The notes beneath the pieces are model-generated. The model ran no database searches. It was not told where the DNA came from and worked only from the letters and a program-made list of their open reading frames with translations. From Nitrospirota bacterium (GTDB lineage: Bacteria > Nitrospirota > Thermodesulfovibrionia > Thermodesulfovibrionales > Dissulfurispiraceae): 51,256 bases of DNA. The translations under genes were made by a program, and so were the position numbers. Shown in pieces: positions 46,697-51,256 of the stretch. The stretch spans positions 1 through 51,256 of the forward strand of contig JBFLWF010000019.1 in the NCBI GenBank assembly GCA_040758355.1, read 5' to 3'. Numbering within the stretch: position 1 is the first letter of the stretch; each line of letters opens with the position of its first letter.

Positions 46697-48072
46697 CTGT
46701 TTTTAACCGGGTTTATCCTGTTGTAGTCGAACTTCTGATGGCACCCTGGCAGACATGAGCCACCATTTGCATTCTTCTGGAATCCTACAGGCAATCCCCA
46801 TGCGCCGAATGGAACGGCATCCCTTATGTGCTTCGGATTATTGGTTGCGTGTGCATCATGGCACGCCCTACATGTACGTCCCTTAATCGCCTTATTGACA
46901 TGCACAAAGTGGAGATTTTGATCGCCATTCCTGAACCCTGTCAGTGTTGTAGTTTTTGCATCCAGTACAAGCGTCTTCTCGTGGCAATTAAAGCATAGTT
47001 CGTAATTTTTAGGGTCAAACGGCGCATAGAATACCGGCGGGAAATACTTCCTGAGTATCCTGAAGTTATCCGATCCGTGCGTATTGTGGCATGCCGAACA
47101 ATCCTTCTGCTTTATGGGGCCGTGGTGTTCCTTATTCTTTGCAAGATACGTCTTCATATCGACAATTTTGCCATCCTGTGTATCCAGTGGTTTGTCATGG
47201 CAGATATTGCATGTATCAACAGGCTGTTTAACCAACTGCTTCACATAATCAGAGACATGCGGGTCATGACATGCAAGACATTTCTTGTCTGTTTCAAGAC
47301 CACCGTGTCTGTTTTTTACATTGGCTATCCATTCCTTCTTATCCTTGTGGCATCCGAAGCATAATTCCTGCGAGCCGTCTGTCTTGAAATTGAATTTATA
47401 ATCTCCTGCATGGGGGCTGTGGCAGTTTATGCATTTTTCACCTACAGGCTTATGGACAAATTTCTTGCCCTTGAATGCATCCGCCTTATCTGTATGGCAT
47501 ATAAAGCAGACGTCATTTCCCGATGCATTCAGCATCTTGGGGAAATCTGTCTGGTGCGGGTTGTGGCACATGGAGCATCCTCCAACTGCAACAGGTCCAT
47601 GGACAAATTTGCCGGCAGCAATCTTTTTGTCATGGCACATAAAGCAGAGGTTCTGTCCGTCTCCACGCAGCTGGTATTTATAAGGCGATTGGTGAGGATC
47701 GTGGCATTTTGAGCAATTGCCCTCTTTGACCGGTTTGTGAACTCCTTTCTTCGTATCTACCCTGTCATGACATTTATAGCATTGTTCTCCTACATTCTTA
47801 ATTGGTGCGAATTTATTCCTTGCCGGAGACTCTTTATGCCTGACTGCATCTCCTGTATGGCAGGCCATACAGTCACCCACTGCTGCGGGGCCATGGACAA
47901 ACTTGTCCTTTCCCATCTTGCTGTGGCATTTATCCGTGACGCACGACTCTTTGGTCTGGGCGTTTACAATAGAATGATTTTCTGATAGATAAAGGGAAAA
48001 GATTAAAGCAGAGATTAATAAAGATAAGACCAATACAAGACTTCCACCCCTCCTGACTCCTGTGTCCCCCAT
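46693..48072 (-). CDS. Periplasmic multiheme cytochrome (13 CxxCH, one CX4CH, one CX3CH)
   Basis: Repeated H.P...CxxCHxPH units. Confidence 0.92.
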   Translation of the reverse strand: MGDTGVRRGGSLVLVLSLLISALIFSLYLSENHSIVNAQTKESCVTDKCHSKMGKDKFVHGPAAVGDCMACHTGDAVRHKESPARNKFAPIKNVGEQCYKCHDRVDTKKGVHKPVKEGNCSKCHDPHQSPYKYQLRGDGQNLCFMCHDKKIAAGKFVHGPVAVGGCSMCHNPHQTDFPKMLNASGNDVCFICHTDKADAFKGKKFVHKPVGEKCINCHSPHAGDYKFNFKTDGSQELCFGCHKDKKEWIANVKNRHGGLETDKKCLACHDPHVSDYVKQLVKQPVDTCNICHDKPLDTQDGKIVDMKTYLAKNKEHHGPIKQKDCSACHNTHGSDNFRILRKYFPPVFYAPFDPKNYELCFNCHEKTLVLDAKTTTLTGFRNGDQNLHFVHVNKAIKGRTCRACHDAHATNNPKHIRDAVPFGAWGLPVGFQKNANGGSCLPGCHQKFDYNRINPVKNR

Positions 48073-48149
48073 GGTTCCCCTCCTGAAGTAAATTTTTTGT
48101 AAATTATTTTGGTCAAATTTTAATTATTAGCTTCTCTTTTGTCAAGTTT

Positions 48150-49541
48150 TTATCTGCGTGCATATTTAGCACGTCTGACTTTCTGTTTTTTTCCGTTCGA
48201 TGTCTTCTTGACAAGAGATGTTTTATTGTTAGAAGCAGGGGAGCCGGCTTCACTATGCGGCATGCGATAAACTACTTTATGCTGCGGCGGGGCAGAATCA
48301 AAATAGGCGTTTATGCCATGTGTCAGTGAATACGCGAGTTGTTGTTTATATGAATCGTCAGCCAATAATCTTTCTTCTTCCGGATTGCTCATAAAAGACA
48401 CCTCTGCAAGGGCTGAGGCCATTTCTGCATCGACAAGCACATAAAAGAGCGCACTCTTGATGCCGAGGTCGTTTACTTTCGGGAATTGAGGCTTCATGTT
48501 TGAAACTATCGATGTATGAATGTTCCCGGCAAGCTTGATGGAATCGTCCCTTTTCCTGTCCCTGTCGAGAGAGGCCAGTATCACCCCGAGTTCGCTCTGC
48601 ACCTGTTTCATCTTCTTCAGCGATATGGCGTTTTCCCTTGCGGCAACCCTCAATGCCTCTTCGTCATCCGTCCAGTTAAGAAAATATGTCTCTATGCCCC
48701 GTGCATATCTGTTGGGACTTGCATTTGCATGAATAGATAAGAAAAGGTCTGCGCCGATGTTGTTCGCAATCTTTGCCCTGTCCTTCAACGGAATGAAGAT
48801 GTCTTTGTCCCTCGTCAAGACAACTTCGTAGAAGGGATATTCCTTTTTCATTGTATCCCTTACCTTCAGGGCAATATCCAGAACCACATCCTTTTCAAAA
48901 AGACCGTTGGGGCCAACTGCACCAGGGTCGTGGCCGCCGTGTCCAGGGTCTATGACAACCCTTCTGGAGACAAAATTATTTCTTATATTTCTGTCTTCTG
49001 TCTTCTGTTCTCTGTCCTCTAATTTAGCCTCTGTCTTTGCATCTTTTTTGTCTTCGGTGCCGACCTTTGAAGAAATCTCTATCACAAGCCTTGCAGGGTC
49101 TTCAAGACTGAAAACCTTAAAGTCATAATCGGGTGTTTCAAGGTCAAAAACGATTCTCACTGTATTTGCAGTAAACTGGCCCACCCTAACCGTCTTTAGA
49201 GATTTACTGTTGATCGCAAAATTTGTCTGGATGCCTTTCATCAGTTTCGCATTCTTTATATCGAAGAAAAGCCTTTCGGGATTGGACAACTTGCCTTTGC
49301 TAAATTCTGCAGGGCCTGACAGGTCAATAACAACCCTTATGTATTCTGCGGTAGACCAGTGCCTGAGTCCTTTGACCTCGATCAAATCTTCTGAGTTGCT
49401 TGCGGAAGGAAACGCAAAAACGTATAAAAAGAGAAGACAGAAGCAAGAAGTCAGAAACCAGATTTTCTTAAGCGCTTTCTGATCGCTGACTGCTGACTGC
49501 TGACCGCTACTTTTTGTTTTCTGTCTATACTGCCTGAACAG
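48150..49541 (-). CDS. N-acetylmuramoyl-L-alanine amidase with AMIN domain (AmiC-like); start proposed at CTG 49541
   Basis: IDPGHGG.DPGA, EKD..L, SIHAN, AEV.F.SN. An in-frame signal peptide lies upstream of the called TTG start. Confidence 0.85.
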   Translation of the reverse strand: MFRQYRQKTKSSGQQSAVSDQKALKKIWFLTSCFCLLFLYVFAFPSASNSEDLIEVKGLRHWSTAEYIRVVIDLSGPAEFSKGKLSNPERLFFDIKNAKLMKGIQTNFAINSKSLKTVRVGQFTANTVRIVFDLETPDYDFKVFSLEDPARLVIEISSKVGTEDKKDAKTEAKLEDREQKTEDRNIRNNFVSRRVVIDPGHGGHDPGAVGPNGLFEKDVVLDIALKVRDTMKKEYPFYEVVLTRDKDIFIPLKDRAKIANNIGADLFLSIHANASPNRYARGIETYFLNWTDDEEALRVAARENAISLKKMKQVQSELGVILASLDRDRKRDDSIKLAGNIHTSIVSNMKPQFPKVNDLGIKSALFYVLVDAEMASALAEVSFMSNPEEERLLADDSYKQQLAYSLTHGINAYFDSAPPQHKVVYRMPHSEAGSPASNNKTSLVKKTSNGKKQKVRRAKYARR

Positions 49542-49749
49542 CCTTGACCTCCGGTATCTCCTTCTTTATTGTGGTCTCCACCCAGTTTTTCATTGTCAGG
49601 GTAGACATGGGGCATGTGCCGCATGCTCCCATCAGCCTTACATATACTATATCGTCTTTTACCTCGATTAGTTCAATATCGCCGCCCTCTGTCTTAAGGC
49701 CGACCCTGATTTTGTCTAAAACACCTTCTACCTGCTCTCTGGTAATCAT
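49525..49749 (-). CDS. NifU C-terminal / NfuA-like Fe-S carrier (start revised to MITREQ)
   Basis: IR..L...GGDIEL, V.VRL.GACGTCP; GAGG RBS. Confidence 0.9.
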   Translation of the reverse strand: MITREQVEGVLDKIRVGLKTEGGDIELIEVKDDIVYVRLMGACGTCPMSTLTMKNWVETTIKKEIPEVKAVQAV

Positions 49750-49765
49750 ATCTACCTCACCAATA

Positions 49766-49793
49766 CCCCAAAAAGTATGACGACTTTTTGGGG
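49766..49793. repeat. Palindromic element CCCCAAAAAGT-N6-ACTTTTTGGGG
   Basis: 11-bp stem; matches 34497..34523. Confidence 0.75.
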
Positions 49794-49880
49794 GCCCCGC
49801 CTTCATTTATTTAAATCATAGCCAATGATTGATAATTTATCAAGGGCAATAACAATTTATTGTTTAATAATAATTTTAAC

Positions 49881-49894
49881 ATGATTTAAATCAT
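49881..49894. promoter_or_regulatory. Possible Crp/Fnr-family (DNR/HcpR-like) operator
   Basis: Perfect palindrome ATGAT-TTAA-ATCAT upstream of the cytochrome c' gene. Confidence 0.4.
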
Positions 49895-49962
49895 ACATAA
49901 AATTATCGGATAAAATATATCATTGTTTATCTCAAACACAAGACACAAACGGAGGATCTCGG

Positions 49963-50433
49963 ATGAAGATGAAAAAGAAAACCGCTATGAAATTTGCAAC
50001 CTTTCTTATAGCACTGTCATTTGCAACACTGCCGGCGGTCATGTCAGCCGGTCAGGACGTCCATAAGCATTCGCATCATGAAAAATCGCATTCTGCCGCA
50101 AACCCATTGATAGAAGAAATGGTAATACTGGACGGAGTTTTCCGTGAAGTGGTTTCTGCCGTATCTCTTGGAGATGGCGAAAAAGTGCATAAGGCGCTGC
50201 ACCACATGCACGGCACCATGGAAAAGACCCACGAAGGAGTTCATGCAGGGGCAGTCAAAATCCCTAAAAATGCCCATCGGGTCGATGAATTCGTAAAATT
50301 GGATAAAGAGTTTCACGGCAATCTGGAAGCACTGGCACATGCAGCACATGAAAACAACCAGAAAGAGATGTTATCGCTGACAAAAAAGCTCCTTGAAGGC
50401 TGTGTAAACTGCCACCAGACTTTCAGAAAGTAA
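49963..50433 (+). CDS. Cytochrome c'-like (class II) monoheme cytochrome with a His-rich N-terminus
   Basis: Signal peptide, helical body, single C-terminal CVNCH..FR. Confidence 0.85.
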   Translation: MKMKKKTAMKFATFLIALSFATLPAVMSAGQDVHKHSHHEKSHSAANPLIEEMVILDGVFREVVSAVSLGDGEKVHKALHHMHGTMEKTHEGVHAGAVKIPKNAHRVDEFVKLDKEFHGNLEALAHAAHENNQKEMLSLTKKLLEGCVNCHQTFRK

Positions 50434-50522
50434 CCGCTTATCTCATAGCGATCCCCTCCCAATGAGATACCCTGCATAATGTGCAGGGTGTCTCTTTTTT
50501 TTCTTATATCCAAATGCACCGC

Positions 50523-50543
50523 CTTTAATCTTCCTTTAATCTT
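50523..50543 (+). promoter_or_regulatory. Direct repeat CTTTAATCTT x2 (11-bp period), OmpR-type operator candidate
   Basis: CTTTAATCTTCCTTTAATCTT just before a TATGCT -10-like hexamer. Confidence 0.45.
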
Positions 50544-50749
50544 TCATTTGTTATGCTGAAATCAAGGATTGGGTGGGTACCCGAAATTAACCCTGATCCA
50601 GAAGAAAGGAGGAAGCCATGGAAACATCATCAGCAATCTTGGCAGCGGGATTGGCCTTTGAGGTCCTGACCGTGGTACTGACAATAGGAGCGATACTCGT
50701 AATTGTCAGGCCTACACCAAAATTTAAACCAATTAAAAGGGAGGCGTGT

Positions 50750-51082
50750 ATGAAAGCATTATCAGCAGTTCTAACAATGGGTCTGGCCATTGTATTAACA
50801 ACAGGGACGGTTCTCGCCAGCGAGTATGAAAGACGTGGCGGCAAGGAATATGAGCGTCATGAAAGGTATGAAAGCAAGATTTACGGCACGGTGGAAAAGC
50901 TTCCAAAAGGGTTTATAGGCACATGGGTTGTTAATGGAAAAGAGGTTCTGGTAACAAAGGATACCTTTATAGAGGAAGAACACGGAAAGGCTGCTGTCGG
51001 AGCATATGTGGAGGTAAAGGGCAGCTATGACGGGAAGATATTCACTGCATATAAAATCGAGGTAAAAAGGGCAAAAAGGTAA
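50750..51082 (+). CDS. Exported DUF5666-like protein (start MKALSAV)
   Basis: GGAGG RBS, signal peptide, YG.VE.LP...GTW.V.G..V.V...T, VG..VEVKG, A.KIEVK. Confidence 0.8.
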   Translation: MKALSAVLTMGLAIVLTTGTVLASEYERRGGKEYERHERYESKIYGTVEKLPKGFIGTWVVNGKEVLVTKDTFIEEEHGKAAVGAYVEVKGSYDGKIFTAYKIEVKRAKR

Positions 51083-51094
51083 ACATGATCACAG

Positions 51095-51118
51095 GTGCGA
51101 GGCAGGTCTGCCTCGCAC
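51095..51118 (+). terminator. Hairpin terminator
   Basis: GTGCGAGGCAG-GT-CTGCCTCGCAC followed by an AT-rich tract. Confidence 0.65.
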
Positions 51119-51256
51119 TTATATTATAATTAACAGGGTGCTGAAAAATTCATAAAAATAATGAAACATGATCCATTAATGCAAAATTTCCATGATATCG
51201 AGAGCGGTAAGTTCTCTTCTGAGGGTTCTTATTCGCCTTCTGAGGTGCCATCGACA

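Noticed and set aside
49829..49843. FNR box TTGAT-AATTT-ATCAA
   Set aside because: The spacer is 5 nt rather than 4; it may bind another regulator, but this cannot be supported.
316..50983. Numerous short antisense or alternate-frame ORFs in the ORF track
   Set aside because: They are shadows of well-supported genes, with no recognisable motifs or RBS.

Overview
Anaerobic Gram-negative bacterial chromosome segment. Gene content suggests Nitrospirota/Thermodesulfovibrionia or a deltaproteobacteria-like lineage (inference only). The window has four blocks. (1) 1-16 kb: the end of an IS3 element, then a minus-strand cluster of mostly exported proteins: two WD40+caspase (C14) proteases, a TPR-CHAT protease, DUF4384, FecR-TPR, DUF4139/4140 and a CHASE2 adenylate cyclase. 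Four of these unrelated proteins share the motif R-[GAS]-V-K-[IL]-[VK], a candidate common cleavage site. (2) 16-22 kb: a hicAB mini-island at tRNA-Thr(CGT), a macrodomain gene, larC, and a tolC/MFP/ABC set with a MITE-like element. (3) 22-48 kb: a multiheme cytochrome cluster with 53 canonical CxxCH motifs in eight cytochromes. It includes an OmcE-like nanowire subunit, two pentaheme and one 10+-heme OmcE-like paralogs, a beta-barrel, three NHL propellers, a PPIase, ResB/CcsA, a B12 radical SAM enzyme, SxxS thioredoxin-TPR proteins, a heme-bearing histidine kinase with a sigma54 activator, and five sigma54 promoters. (4) 48-51 kb: amidase, NifU-C, cytochrome c' and DUF5666 genes. Inverted hexamer/heptamer repeat arrays and REP-like palindromes occur throughout. 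They flank a four-helix-bundle gene and encode parts of several signal peptides.
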